DNA from: Pseudomonadota bacterium
GTDB lineage: Bacteria; Bdellovibrionota_B; Oligoflexia; Oligoflexales; CAIMVM01
Length of the DNA: 64,000 nucleotides
Direction: 5' to 3'
NCBI GenBank assembly: GCA_037142195.1
Contig: JBAXBA010000010.1
Coordinates: 2,580-66,579 of the forward strand
Of this stretch, positions 1 to 9,967 are shown piece after piece; the first letter of the stretch is position 1; each line of letters opens with the position of its first letter. The position numbers and the translations under genes were made by a program. Below the pieces are notes generated by a model. The model was given only the letters and a program-made list of their open reading frames with translations, searched no databases and was not told where the DNA came from.

Positions 1-260
1 ATTTCTGTATTTGAAACGGACACACCCGCAGGACTGCCACTTTCAGGAGGCAGACTAGAAGCTACAGGAGTGTCAGTGTCAGTAGCATTAGGATTCGCGG
101 CGTCTGCGGGCGTTGCTGCCGCGGAAGAAGGATTATCCGTCTTTGAAGGAGTAGATTGAGATAGGTTACTAGTAGATTGTTTTGACGCTGATTCTTCAGC
201 AAGTCCTAACCCACTAAAGTTCAACAGAAGTCCTAACCAAAAAAGTCTACTCATAGCCAT
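1..260 (-). CDS. Secreted Ser/Thr/Pro-rich protein, N-terminal fragment (CDS runs off the window start)
   Basis: The reverse frame is open from ATG at 260 (in-frame ATG also at 254) down to base 1. The translation MAMSRLFWLGLLLNFSGLGLAEES... has a signal-peptide-like N-terminus followed by low-complexity S/T/P/A/D sequence. It starts 3 nt after the asd stop. It is absent from the ORF track because the window edge truncates it. Confidence 0.45.
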   Translation of the reverse strand, partial: MAMSRLFWLGLLLNFSGLGLAEESASKQSTSNLSQSTPSKTDNPSSAAATPADAANPNATDTDTPVASSLPPESGSPAGVSVSNTE

Positions 261-263
261 CCT

Positions 264-1274
264 TCATTTTCTTTTGGCAACTAAATACTCAAGAATCTGA
301 ACCGCATTTGTGGCTGCGCCTTTTTTAAGGTTATCAGCCACGTTCCAAAATTGTACCCAACGGGAACGATCTTGGCCATAGGGCAGACGAACTCTTGAAA
401 CAAAGGTATCTTTTTTTCCCGCTACCAATCGTGGGGTTGGCATACTGGAATACTCATCTCCCACATAAAATTCTATTCCTTTGGCATCTTTAAACACAGA
501 CTGAAGTTCTTGCCTAGAGACCTCTTTTGTAAGCCGAACGGCTAGCGTTTCACTATGACAACTAAAAACGGGGACTCGAATTGTAGATGCCAACACATCT
601 AAATTTGGAATTCCCAAAATTTTTCTTGTTTCTAGAACCATTTTAACCTCTTCCTCACAATGCCCCGACGCGTCGATGGGCCCAATTCCTGGGAGTAGAT
701 TGAAAATTATCGGCTGAGCATATACTTTAGGCACAGGATCTTGAAAGCGAAGGTGGCTAGACACCTGGTCGGCCAACTCACTAATACCTTTTTGGCCTGT
801 TCCGGAAACCGACTGATAAGTGGAAACTTGCACCATATCTAAGCCAAAGGCCTTTTGTAAGGGCGCAAGGCACACAACCATTTGAATGGTGGAACAATTG
901 GGGTTGGCAATGATGCGTCCCTTGTAGGAATCCAGCACGGAAGCATTCACCTCAGGAACCACAAGTGCCACAGCAGGGTCTTGGCGCCAAGCTGACGAAT
1001 TGTCAATAACCGTAACCCCAATTTCTGCTAATTTGGGGGAATTTTCTTTAGAAAAAGAGCCGCCAGCGCTCATCAGAGCATAATCATAGCCTTTGAGTTT
1101 CTCGACTGCAAATGCCTTAACTGTGTGCCTCACTCCTCTAAACTCAACAGTTTGGCCTTCAGAGCGAGCAGAAGCAAAAAAACCTACTTCCACATCTTTA
1201 ATATTTGAGTCCTGCAAATCTTCTAACATTTCTCGACCGACCGCACCTGTAGCACCTAAAATTGCAATTTTCAT
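264..1274 (-). CDS. asd: Aspartate-semialdehyde dehydrogenase
   Basis: 336 aa. It has the N-terminal NAD(P) fold ILGATGAVG and the active-site Cys motif ANPNCSTIQM. Full-length similarity to the Asd family as I recall it. Confidence 0.95.
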   Translation of the reverse strand: MKIAILGATGAVGREMLEDLQDSNIKDVEVGFFASARSEGQTVEFRGVRHTVKAFAVEKLKGYDYALMSAGGSFSKENSPKLAEIGVTVIDNSSAWRQDPAVALVVPEVNASVLDSYKGRIIANPNCSTIQMVVCLAPLQKAFGLDMVQVSTYQSVSGTGQKGISELADQVSSHLRFQDPVPKVYAQPIIFNLLPGIGPIDASGHCEEEVKMVLETRKILGIPNLDVLASTIRVPVFSCHSETLAVRLTKEVSRQELQSVFKDAKGIEFYVGDEYSSMPTPRLVAGKKDTFVSRVRLPYGQDRSRWVQFWNVADNLKKGAATNAVQILEYLVAKRK

Positions 1275-1288
1275 AATTCCCTCTTCAA

Positions 1289-2125
1289 TTATTGATGTTC
1301 TTCCGAGGACTCTTCGTCATCGGCCTGGAATATATCGTCATCCTCTACCGCCTTCTTCCAACCCAAGATCCACTCTAAAGGACCAGTGAGAGCGTAACCA
1401 AAAAATAGTAAAAAACTGAAAAGCTCAGGCTCATAAGCTATAAAACCAATAAATATGATGGCTATGACAAGAAGCCTAAAAGGTTTTATATTTTTAAATT
1501 TAAGGGCTTTATGAGAACGGAAAGTCACGTTACTCACCATAAGAAATGCAAGTATAGGTGCCGCTAAAAGTAAAAAGAACATTTGGATGTCGGCCTGAAG
1601 AACAATAGGAGAAATATACTGCTGCAGAAGTCCATCGTTGGAAAGTGTGCGAAGATGTGTGCTAAGAGCGACAAAAGCAGCAGGCACGGCCCCAGCCATT
1701 GGCGTTGGCAGACCGGTAAAATCACCATTAGCCTTACCGATGGAGCTTTGAACATTAAATCGAGCTAATCGCAGGGCACCACAAGCTAGAAATACAAAAC
1801 AAAGGATCCAACCAATCCTACCAAAATCTTTTAGACTGTATTGATACATCAATATAGCTGGAGCCAAGCAAAATGACATCAAATCACAAAGTGAATCATA
1901 CTGAACTCCAAATTCTGAAGACGTATTAGTTAGTCTCGCAACCCGCCCATCGAGGACGTCAAAAATAGAGGCCAAAAAAATGGAAGCAGCCGCCCAACCA
2001 AACTTACCTTGGAGAGATTCCACGACTGATAAGAAACCAAAAAAAAGATTTCCAGTAGTGATGAGGTTTGGAAGTATATAGATAGCAGCACCCAATTTCG
2101 GACGTTTCATGATAGAATTAGCCAA
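1289..2125 (-). CDS. pssA: CDP-diacylglycerol--serine O-phosphatidyltransferase (CDP-alcohol phosphatidyltransferase family)
   Basis: Carries the CDP-alcohol transferase signature DVLDGRVARLTNTSSEFGVQYDSLCD and is a multi-TM protein. The start is TTG at 2125, preceded by AGGAG with a 7-nt spacer. It overlaps the tsaB stop by 8 nt. Confidence 0.9.
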   Translation of the reverse strand: MANSIMKRPKLGAAIYILPNLITTGNLFFGFLSVVESLQGKFGWAAASIFLASIFDVLDGRVARLTNTSSEFGVQYDSLCDLMSFCLAPAILMYQYSLKDFGRIGWILCFVFLACGALRLARFNVQSSIGKANGDFTGLPTPMAGAVPAAFVALSTHLRTLSNDGLLQQYISPIVLQADIQMFFLLLAAPILAFLMVSNVTFRSHKALKFKNIKPFRLLVIAIIFIGFIAYEPELFSFLLFFGYALTGPLEWILGWKKAVEDDDIFQADDEESSEEHQ

Positions 2126-2804
2126 GAAATGACTCCTGATTTTTAATTAGTTTTTCTTCTGCAGTAGATAATTTTAAATAACGTGGGCTTGGAAACTCAG
2201 TTTTCCATTCAAAATCTGGTTGATTCAACGTCGCAAGGAGTCCTAGAACGGCATGGCTCCTTAAACTTTCAAGCGCTACATAGGGAACGCCTGCCTGATT
2301 TAAATCAAATTCCATCTCAGGCCAGTGAGATGCTAGGTAGATATCACCATCTTCTAAAATAGTTTTAAATTCGCTCCGCTCAAACGGAAATTCAGAATAG
2401 CCTTGCAAGCTGCTCTTAGCGAAGAATCCGTGGGAGCTCGTAACTTTCAATAAGACCTGTGACTTCTCTTTTTGTATTCCTAGGCAGCCTAGCCAAAGAG
2501 CTGAAAATCCTGAGACGAACATAGGGGCCTCTATACAAAAGAAACCATAGGCCCATGCCATGGCAACTTTTATCCCTGTAAAACTGCCTGGCCCGTTTCC
2601 AACCGCTAAATACTCGATTTGGGCTGGTTTCACTCCAAGCTTATGGAGCATGGAGTTTAAAATACTATTGATCTGATTCGAAGCCCCTAGAGTGTTATCG
2701 TGATACTCGGACATAACAGACCAACTTCCAGCTGAGGATCGGCCTAAAACTACAATCGATAAACCAGGCAAAGAAGCATCCATCCAGAGCCCATAATGAA
2801 TCAT
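2118..2804 (-). CDS. tsaB: tRNA t6A37 biosynthesis protein TsaB (inactive Kae1/Gcp paralog)
   Basis: Has the GNGPGSFTGIKVAMAWAYG motif typical of TsaB/YeaZ. I place the start at ATG 2804 (MIHYGLW...), which forms an ATGA overlap with the rseP stop at 2801-2803. The ORF-track start at 2831 is probably an over-extension. Confidence 0.8.
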   Translation of the reverse strand: MIHYGLWMDASLPGLSIVVLGRSSAGSWSVMSEYHDNTLGASNQINSILNSMLHKLGVKPAQIEYLAVGNGPGSFTGIKVAMAWAYGFFCIEAPMFVSGFSALWLGCLGIQKEKSQVLLKVTSSHGFFAKSSLQGYSEFPFERSEFKTILEDGDIYLASHWPEMEFDLNQAGVPYVALESLRSHAVLGLLATLNQPDFEWKTEFPSPRYLKLSTAEEKLIKNQESFLG

Positions 2805-4516
2805 GGCTTCCCCTTCAGAAATGAACCCCAAAAACGCCCGATGTCATTATAGGTAGACAAAACCACTAATGCCAAAACGAATGCAAATCCAATTTTTTGA
2901 TAGTTTTCCATGGCCTCTATGCTGAGTGGTTTTTTTCGAACGGCCTCAATGAACTGCATGACTAGGTGCCCCCCATCTAAAACAGGAATGGGGAACAAAT
3001 TTATCAAAAAAAGATTGATGGAGATCATTGCCATAGTTGTGAGGTAAACAAAGATCCCAGCTTCAGCCGACTCTTTTGCTGCTTTCGCAATAAGCATAGG
3101 GCCTCCTAGCGCTTGCAGCGGAACCTTACCTGTGAAGAGCCCTACTAAACTGCCAAAAATAGTCTTTGTCGCATGGAGCGTCCTCTTCATCCCATATTCC
3201 AAGCTGGCCAGCCCCGAATAAGCCTCAGTAACCCGTTCTTCAGAAGTTGTTCCACCCTTGATTTTACCCGGTAGAATATAAACTGTTTCCTTACCTTTTG
3301 CTTTTTGAAGTTCTGTGGCCCGTAGCTTAACTTCTAACGTGATTTGCTTACCATCCCTAAGTACATCCATGTTGACTACTGGATTCTTGTTTTCCATTGC
3401 TTTTTCAGAAAGGTCAAACATATCGGCTATGGGAAGTGAAGCGAAGGACAAAATAAAGTCGCCCTTTTCTAGCCCGCTACCCTCCGAAGCTTCATCGACC
3501 AATAAGGATCCATCTTCCACACCTAGGTACTTCATTACCAATCTACCTTTTTCAAAATGACTTAGATCACCTTGATTCAAAGTTGATTTTTCCAAAATCT
3601 CTTTCAGTTCTTGCACACTCACGGAAACATTTACAACCCGAGTTTCTTCACCGCTTTTTACCCTAAATCCGATAGAACTATTTTCTTGAAAAGCCTTGGA
3701 GGCCGCCATCAAAAAGGCATTCCAATCCAAAACGTCTTTCTTTAGGATTTCTCCCGACCCGTCTTTTTTGGAATATTCTAGGCCTAATATCTCATCACCA
3801 GTCTTCAAACCTGATTTAGCAGCAAGACTCTCTGGCAAAACCCCAATAAACCTAGGCAAAACAGCCGGGCTCACGCCTATTCGGCCCACTTTGACTTTTG
3901 CGCCATTGAGATCTTCATCTTGCTTGGCTTCAGGTTGCATCACGACGCGCTTTTCCAAACCATCTCGCAATACCAAAACTTCAATTGGACTTTCATGCTT
4001 TTCGGAAACATTGACTAACAAATCATCCCAATGATTCACGGGGGTGCCGTCCACTTGAATGATCTTATCGCCAGGGAGCAACCCAGCGAGATGGGCGGGG
4101 CTTCCGGGCCTCACGTGGCCGAGGACTGATGTTGCATGGTCAATACCATGAATGCCCACTGCAACAAACACTACAAACGCAAGTAGCAGATTGGCGAATG
4201 GCCCAGCAAAAGTCATCAAGGCTCGCTTCCAAACCGCAAATTTAGCTAACTCGCGCCCCTCAAACTCTTTGGGTATCACCTCACCTGGGAAGGCTCCCAC
4301 AAATTTTACAAAGCCGCCTAAGGGAAGAAGGGAAATTTGATAAGTCGTCTCCCCTTTCTTGAATCCAAAAATCTTCGGGCCAAAACCAATCGAGAAAGTC
4401 TCAATTCCAAAGCCAAAATACTTACCCACAAGATAGTGTCCTAACTCATGAACAAATATAAGTATGCCTATTAAAAGCAATATCGAGATTACGGGATTCG
4501 AAAAGAATGAAGCCAT
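2801..4516 (-). CDS. rseP: RIP site-2 metalloprotease RseP (M50 family) with PDZ domains
   Basis: Has HELGHYLVG (HExxH) near the N-terminus and NLFPIPVLDGGH (NxxPxxxLDG) near the C-terminus. The central region looks like PDZ domains (GLLPGDKIIQVDG, GLKTGDEILG). At 571 aa it is longer than the E. coli enzyme (~450 aa). Confidence 0.9.
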   Translation of the reverse strand: MASFFSNPVISILLLIGILIFVHELGHYLVGKYFGFGIETFSIGFGPKIFGFKKGETTYQISLLPLGGFVKFVGAFPGEVIPKEFEGRELAKFAVWKRALMTFAGPFANLLLAFVVFVAVGIHGIDHATSVLGHVRPGSPAHLAGLLPGDKIIQVDGTPVNHWDDLLVNVSEKHESPIEVLVLRDGLEKRVVMQPEAKQDEDLNGAKVKVGRIGVSPAVLPRFIGVLPESLAAKSGLKTGDEILGLEYSKKDGSGEILKKDVLDWNAFLMAASKAFQENSSIGFRVKSGEETRVVNVSVSVQELKEILEKSTLNQGDLSHFEKGRLVMKYLGVEDGSLLVDEASEGSGLEKGDFILSFASLPIADMFDLSEKAMENKNPVVNMDVLRDGKQITLEVKLRATELQKAKGKETVYILPGKIKGGTTSEERVTEAYSGLASLEYGMKRTLHATKTIFGSLVGLFTGKVPLQALGGPMLIAKAAKESAEAGIFVYLTTMAMISINLFLINLFPIPVLDGGHLVMQFIEAVRKKPLSIEAMENYQKIGFAFVLALVVLSTYNDIGRFWGSFLKGKP

Positions 4517-4524
4517 AGTTTCCC

Positions 4525-5379
4525 CTACTTTGGTAGCAAAAAGTTATAAACAAAAACCCACACCACCGGAGCCGCTATAATTATGGCATCAACTCGATCT
4601 AAGAATCCACCATGACCTGGGAAAATTACGCCAGAGTCTTTTACACCAGCAAAACGCTTAAAGCCTGATTCCAACAAATCACCTAATATCCCAGCAATCC
4701 CCCCAAACAAGGCTGTTATGCCTACTAAAAAATCTGAGCCTAGAGTCTGGTCATAGTAGTGATTGAGTGCTAGTGAGGACAAAATTGCAGTCAAAATTCC
4801 AAAAAAAGCTCCCTCCCAGGTTTTCTTAGGCGAAAGATTGGGAGCTAATTTTCGTTTTCCAAAGGCTCTCCCACCAAAATAGGCACCAGTATCACAACCC
4901 ATTACAATGGTAAAAAGTAAGAACAAGTATACGGACTTTTCCTTCAAAATATATAAGTCCCACACTGCTAGCCATGGGACTACAGCATACCCCATCGTCA
5001 CCAAAAGTCCTATGGTTCGAATCATGGAACGATCAATGGATTTCGCAGTAAAAACCCCTACAAGCATTAAAACCACAAATCCAAGCGCAATGCCACTGCG
5101 ACCAGTGTCATAGTCACCCTGCGTCGCCACAAAAAACAAAATGACCGAAATGACAATTCCAGACAAATACCAAAACGTCCCCACAATCTTCTTGGAACGG
5201 TGCTCTTCCCCTAAAATTTTTGCTTCCAAAGAAGGCACAACCATAGATGATAGTTCATGAACGGATATGGCGACGCAAGCTAAGAAAACAGCCAACATTT
5301 GCCACCTCTCGCCCCGAACAATAATCCATAGCAGCATAGGCAGCGCTAAAGCTGCGGTGAGGACGCGTTGAATAAGCAT
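4525..5379 (-). CDS. cdsA: Phosphatidate cytidylyltransferase
   Basis: Has the C-terminal CdsA signature SGFKRFAGVKDSGVIFPGHGGFLDRVD and is a polytopic membrane protein. I chose the start at ATG 5379 (MLIQRVL...), which overlaps the uppS TAA by 1 nt (TAATG). The ORF-track start at 5520 lies inside uppS. Confidence 0.88.
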   Translation of the reverse strand: MLIQRVLTAALALPMLLWIIVRGERWQMLAVFLACVAISVHELSSMVVPSLEAKILGEEHRSKKIVGTFWYLSGIVISVILFFVATQGDYDTGRSGIALGFVVLMLVGVFTAKSIDRSMIRTIGLLVTMGYAVVPWLAVWDLYILKEKSVYLFLLFTIVMGCDTGAYFGGRAFGKRKLAPNLSPKKTWEGAFFGILTAILSSLALNHYYDQTLGSDFLVGITALFGGIAGILGDLLESGFKRFAGVKDSGVIFPGHGGFLDRVDAIIIAAPVVWVFVYNFLLPK

Positions 5380-6182
5380 TAGTAATCCTCTCGCTTTAGT
5401 TCTTCCATTTCTTCTAAAGTAAGAGGTCGACTCGCCTCTTTTATCTGGCCAAAGCGCCTCTGGCGGCCCTGAAAGGACTGAACAGCCTCTAAAAAATGGG
5501 CTTCTGAGAAATCTGGCCAACTTGACTTACAAAAATACATCTCCGAGTAGGCATGCTGCCAAAGTAAAAAATTAGAGAGGCGCAATTCCCCACTCGTTCT
5601 AATCATCAAATCAGGATCAGGCATTCCAGCCGTCCACAAATAATTTCCAATCAATTCTGCTGATATTTGCGAAGAAGTAAGCTGGCCAGATTCAATCTTA
5701 CTAGCTATCTTTTTTAAAGCGTCTGATATCTCACTTCTCCCGCCATAGGATAGACAAAGAGTCAAAACCATTTGTGAATTCCCAGAAAGCTGAAGGACGG
5801 CTTGATCTAAGATTTTTTTAGTTCTGTCTGGTAGCCTATGGAGTTCACCAATGGCGTTCAAACGAATGCCATTTTGATGCAAATTGCTCAGCTCTCGGTT
5901 GATGTACTTTTCCAGGAGGTCCATAACGGCTGAAACCTCATAGGCCGGCCTGCCCCAATTTTCATCACTAAAGGCATAAAGGGTCAGATACTTAACCCCT
6001 AGCTTTCTGGCTGTTTCAACTGTCCGACGAACTGCAAGTGCGCCCTTATGATGCCCAAAGACTCTAGGGCGAAACCTTGCACCGGCCCACCTGCCATTGC
6101 CATCCATAATAATAGAGACATGTTGGGGAATTTCGCCCGAAGCTCGAATGCTTTCTGGGGTCAAAATAGTGTTTTCCTGCAA
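5379..6182 (-). CDS. uppS: Isoprenyl transferase (undecaprenyl-diphosphate synthase)
   Basis: Has the HVSIIMDGNGRWA motif and the cis-prenyltransferase C-terminus RTSGELRLSNFLLWQ. TTG start at 6182 with AGGAGA 5 nt upstream. The uppS-cdsA-rseP order is conserved. Confidence 0.93.
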   Translation of the reverse strand: MQENTILTPESIRASGEIPQHVSIIMDGNGRWAGARFRPRVFGHHKGALAVRRTVETARKLGVKYLTLYAFSDENWGRPAYEVSAVMDLLEKYINRELSNLHQNGIRLNAIGELHRLPDRTKKILDQAVLQLSGNSQMVLTLCLSYGGRSEISDALKKIASKIESGQLTSSQISAELIGNYLWTAGMPDPDLMIRTSGELRLSNFLLWQHAYSEMYFCKSSWPDFSEAHFLEAVQSFQGRQRRFGQIKEASRPLTLEEMEELKREDY

Positions 6183-6820
6183 TAGAGTCTCCTAAGCCCG
6201 CCGAAAAGTAGGACCGCTCAAAACTAACTCATTTTTATAGCAGAAACCTCAAATTACTCAACTATCAATCAAAGCTCACCTTTATAAGCCGCTCGATCCT
6301 AAAAGTTGAACATCCTTTGATAAAAATGAGCCTGTCCCTCGAAAATAAGTCCCCTACGAGTTCATTCTCAGAAGTTTAGGAGTTGTTATACTTCAAATGC
6401 AGATATTGCCACATTCGCCGGAATCGGACCGAACGACCTGGGAAAATGCATAATCAAGCGCAGTCCTTTTTAAGGACCTTTAGACTTACTCGTATGGACT
6501 GGAGGATCAAATTCAGAGAGTTTCCCTACGGGTTTGGCTCTTTGACGAATTCCCAGCAAAGCCACGAATCAAGGAATCGTCAATTCAGGAAAGTGCTTTG
6601 GAATAGTTCAAACGTTATCGATTTTCTAATGACAGCGGCTTTGGGCAGCAACATGAGTATACTCCTTGTCTAATAGGGCATCTAGAATTCGAATCCAAAA
6701 ATCCCATCGCTTCATAAAATCTTGCAAATATGATGTTTCCTATTGGGAAATGATATCCCAACTGATGAAGTCTGGCCCGCCGAAAGTAATATATGATCTA
6801 CTAGTCTGGCATTCCCAAAA

Positions 6821-7237
6821 TCAAAGTCCTACTTCATTGCTAAAGTTCACTAATTTATCTTTGAGAATGTCTCGCGCTTCTCGAAACTTTTCCATCCTGT
6901 ATTCCAAGCTCTCGGAATCAAAACCTGCCGGATCTTTAATGGGCCAATGAAGTTTTTGAGCTTGAGACACTAGAATAGGGCAAACCTCTTCCGCACAAAG
7001 TGTAACAATATAATCCAAACCATTCAAAAAAGAGGGTTCCAAATCATCACAAGACTTTGAAAACTGACTGGATATATCGATCTGTATCTCTTTCATAACC
7101 CCAATGGCTAGGGGATTTATGGTTCCTGGCTTAGATCCTGCGCTTTCAATTTCTGCATCTTTAAAAAGTTCCTTGGCCAAACCTTCTGCCAATTGACTTC
7201 TTGCCGAATTTGCAACGCACATAAATAAAATTTTCAT
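6821..7237 (-). CDS. arsC: Thioredoxin-coupled arsenate reductase / low-molecular-weight phosphatase family
   Basis: Has the CX5R P-loop CVANSARSQ at residue 7. VTLCAEEVCPIL and HWPIKDPAG align with the Cys82/Cys89 region of S. aureus pI258 ArsC as I recall it. Confidence 0.8.
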   Translation of the reverse strand: MKILFMCVANSARSQLAEGLAKELFKDAEIESAGSKPGTINPLAIGVMKEIQIDISSQFSKSCDDLEPSFLNGLDYIVTLCAEEVCPILVSQAQKLHWPIKDPAGFDSESLEYRMEKFREARDILKDKLVNFSNEVGL

Positions 7238-7697
7238 GATAAAACTTCTTCCTTTAAAAGGTCGGCCTTAGGCTCAAGCTACTTTCAAAAAATGGAACCC
7301 ATCCATTTTTGAAAACATATTCCTTCAGTCCCAACTAATTCTTTTCCTGGTTGTCTTGCGTGCCATGGGTTCAAAGCATCGCCGCCCATACCGAAAAAAC
7401 AATTGAATGCTGCTTTTGAATAGGCCATCTTACGAACCTGCCCAGAAGGAGACAACCTAAAAGTCAAAAATTAATAGAATACAGCTTTGCCCTTGAGCCC
7501 AGAAACAAATAGAAAGATCTTTATCAATCCGCTGTTTCGTTAGACCTAGGAAGCCTCTGTTCAAAACTAGACCTTATTTGCTAAAAGCTTCCTTTTGATT
7601 TTCTTAGGAAAAAGGGCCTCTATAGCAACAGGGGAATAGAACTAGAAAATTGTCCTTATGGTTTTGGACCTATTGCAACTGAAATCTCTAGATCTTC

Positions 7698-8783
7698 CTA
7701 TTCGCGATAGAATTTAGAGTCCAAATAAAGTGGGATCAATCCCCGCCAAGCTTGCTGAATCAGGGCTGCCGAAGGAATGGCCAACATCACACCCCAAAAC
7801 CCAAAAACCCCGCCTAGAGAAATAATGGCTGCAATAGAAATAATAGGATGCACCCCTAACCGACCACCGATAATTCGCGGAGTCACTATCAGTGCATCCA
7901 ATATTTGAACCCCTATAATGACAGAAAACACCCCTATTCCTAGAGAGGATTCATAGGCAGAACCGCTCGTCAAAATGGCAATGGCACTTAGGGAAATCGA
8001 CACGATTAAATCTCCATAAGGAATGATGCGACAAGCCCCCGAAATTAAGCCGATAGCAAAACCAAAAGGCAGCCCTACAAGACCAAGACCGAAGGTATAT
8101 AAGACGGCAAGCACCGCTGCAACACTTAGATGCCCCTTGATAACGGCCTGAAGTGCAACATCAGCAGTTAATGCCAATCTTCTTATAGGAGACAAAAGAC
8201 CTCTTGGGACTAAATCTTGTACAAAATGGAACGTTCGCTTCTGATGCACAAGTAAAAGATAAGTAAATGGGGGAATCAGTGCTGCATTTACAAGAGTTGA
8301 TAAGAGTATGGGCGCTGACTCCCAGATAGCAGTAAGCCCAGAAGTAAGACGAGATTCGATTTGATTCGCAACCTGAAAGTTCCTAATTTCAGCTCCCAGG
8401 GAGCTAGGTACTTCAAATCCTAATGAACCCAACTTGCCCAAAAAATGCGGAACCCAAACGCTTTGAAACGTAAAAACGGCGTTGGGAATTTTCTCAATTA
8501 ACTGAATCAGTTGCCTATAGACTGGGGGTGCCACAAAGACGCCCGCCAAAACTAAACAAGTAAAAATAGAGAAGAGAACTGAGATAATTATCTTATTCCG
8601 CGCCCATCCTGTATAGTACTCCGCTTTTTGAATAGGTTTAGAGAGAAGGTAGCTTAACACAATTGAAAGGCCCAGCGCCGAAAGGATGGGCCGAAGTATA
8701 TAACCAATAAGGGTAAATGAAGCAAATATGCCCAACAAAAATAGGACTAGCCTAGCACCATCGCTTAGTCTTTGATTAACCAT
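7698..8783 (-). CDS. AI-2E family transporter (PerM/UPF0118)
   Basis: 361 aa with about 8 TM segments. The IPYGDLIVSISLSA region matches the conserved IPY(I/L)G loop of the family. Confidence 0.8.
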   Translation of the reverse strand: MVNQRLSDGARLVLFLLGIFASFTLIGYILRPILSALGLSIVLSYLLSKPIQKAEYYTGWARNKIIISVLFSIFTCLVLAGVFVAPPVYRQLIQLIEKIPNAVFTFQSVWVPHFLGKLGSLGFEVPSSLGAEIRNFQVANQIESRLTSGLTAIWESAPILLSTLVNAALIPPFTYLLLVHQKRTFHFVQDLVPRGLLSPIRRLALTADVALQAVIKGHLSVAAVLAVLYTFGLGLVGLPFGFAIGLISGACRIIPYGDLIVSISLSAIAILTSGSAYESSLGIGVFSVIIGVQILDALIVTPRIIGGRLGVHPIISIAAIISLGGVFGFWGVMLAIPSAALIQQAWRGLIPLYLDSKFYRE

Positions 8784-9001
8784 AATTCCTCAAACCGTAC
8801 GGGGCTCGATCAGCAAGTTTTTTACTAAATTTATGATATCAGGATACACCCCCTCCCCCCAGAGGCAAGATCTGCCCTAATAGAAGGCTCAAACGGCACC
8901 GAAATCTTTGACGCCAAAGAAGCGAAACCATGAACTGCAGACTCAGCATACCTTGTACCTAGTCGCTAATAGTCGAATCTTAATTGATACATGCCGATGG
9001 T

Positions 9002-9967
9002 TCAAGGAACAGCGGCTATGGATTGCACCACTTCTAACATCGAACGGGATTTTCGGATGGCTTTAATTTGCTTCGCTGGGAATGAGTGACTACTTGCAAA
9101 ATAGTAACAAATAGTTTTCACTCGAATCAAAACGTCTTTAAGGGAAATATCTTTTTCAAGATACTGATCTGCAAGTTCCAGAATAAAAGAAGAGAAATCC
9201 TTGGTCGATAAAGGTACTTCAGAAGATGTTTGAATAGACTTAAAGATATTAGGATTTCTGAGTGCTCCCCGCCCAATTAGAAAATGAGACACCTCTGGTA
9301 TTTTAAGTCGAAGACTTTGGAAATCTTGGAAAGTCTTAATGTCACCACTATAACAAACCACCGTTTTAAGTTGCTGACTTGCTTTTTTAAAACCTTCTAA
9401 ATCGACCTCTCCTGAATAGCCTTGCTTGCCGGTCCGTGGGTGTATCACCACATGATCCAAAGGATAGCGATTAAAAATGGGAATCAAATTCGAAATGTCT
9501 TCAGAACTATTTAGGCCTAGCCTGGTTTTAATCGAGACCTTCAAGGGACAACGCTCAAAGACACCATTCAAAAGCCTATCTACTCTTTCTAAGTCTGGCA
9601 TTAAACCACACCCCAAACCTCGTCCACTAGAAGTAGGGCTTGGACACCCTAGGTTTAAATTAACCTGTCTGTAGCCCAAATCTGCGAGAATTGAAGAAAC
9701 ATGTAAAAAGGGAGCTATGTCATTGCACATGATCTGTGGAATGACTTCCATATGCCTGTTCAGACTTGGGGAAAGTTCCGCCATTTTGCTCTTTTTAAAA
9801 TCAAGGTTTTGATTAACCTTAATAAAAGGTGCATAGCTAAAATCAAAACCTGAAAAATGTTTGGCAAAAACATTTCTAAAAGTAACATCCGTTATGCCAA
9901 GCATGGGCGCCAGCAACATGCTATAGGCCCTGTCAGAGGAAGTGACTTTATTTTCGTTTTTTAACAT
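9002..9967 (-). CDS. tRNA-dihydrouridine synthase (Dus family)
   Basis: Has LLAPMLGITDVTFR, NLNLGCPSP (catalytic Cys) and VVIHPRTGKQGYSG motifs. The ATG at 9967 overlaps the prmC stop. An internal ATG (MLLAPM...) is an alternative start. Confidence 0.85.
   Translation of the reverse strand: MLKNENKVTSSDRAYSMLLAPMLGITDVTFRNVFAKHFSGFDFSYAPFIKVNQNLDFKKSKMAELSPSLNRHMEVIPQIMCNDIAPFLHVSSILADLGYRQVNLNLGCPSPTSSGRGLGCGLMPDLERVDRLLNGVFERCPLKVSIKTRLGLNSSEDISNLIPIFNRYPLDHVVIHPRTGKQGYSGEVDLEGFKKASQQLKTVVCYSGDIKTFQDFQSLRLKIPEVSHFLIGRGALRNPNIFKSIQTSSEVPLSTKDFSSFILELADQYLEKDISLKDVLIRVKTICYYFASSHSFPAKQIKAIRKSRSMLEVVQSIAAVP

Noticed and set aside
6383-6950. Plus-strand ORFs 6383-6673 and 6666-6950
   Set aside because: They have no SD and an R/S/F/L-rich, random-looking composition. 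The second overlaps the arsC-type gene on the opposite strand.
7285-7467. A 60-aa minus-strand ORF between the permease and arsC
   Set aside because: It has a non-ATG track start, no SD before the internal ATG and no recognisable similarity.
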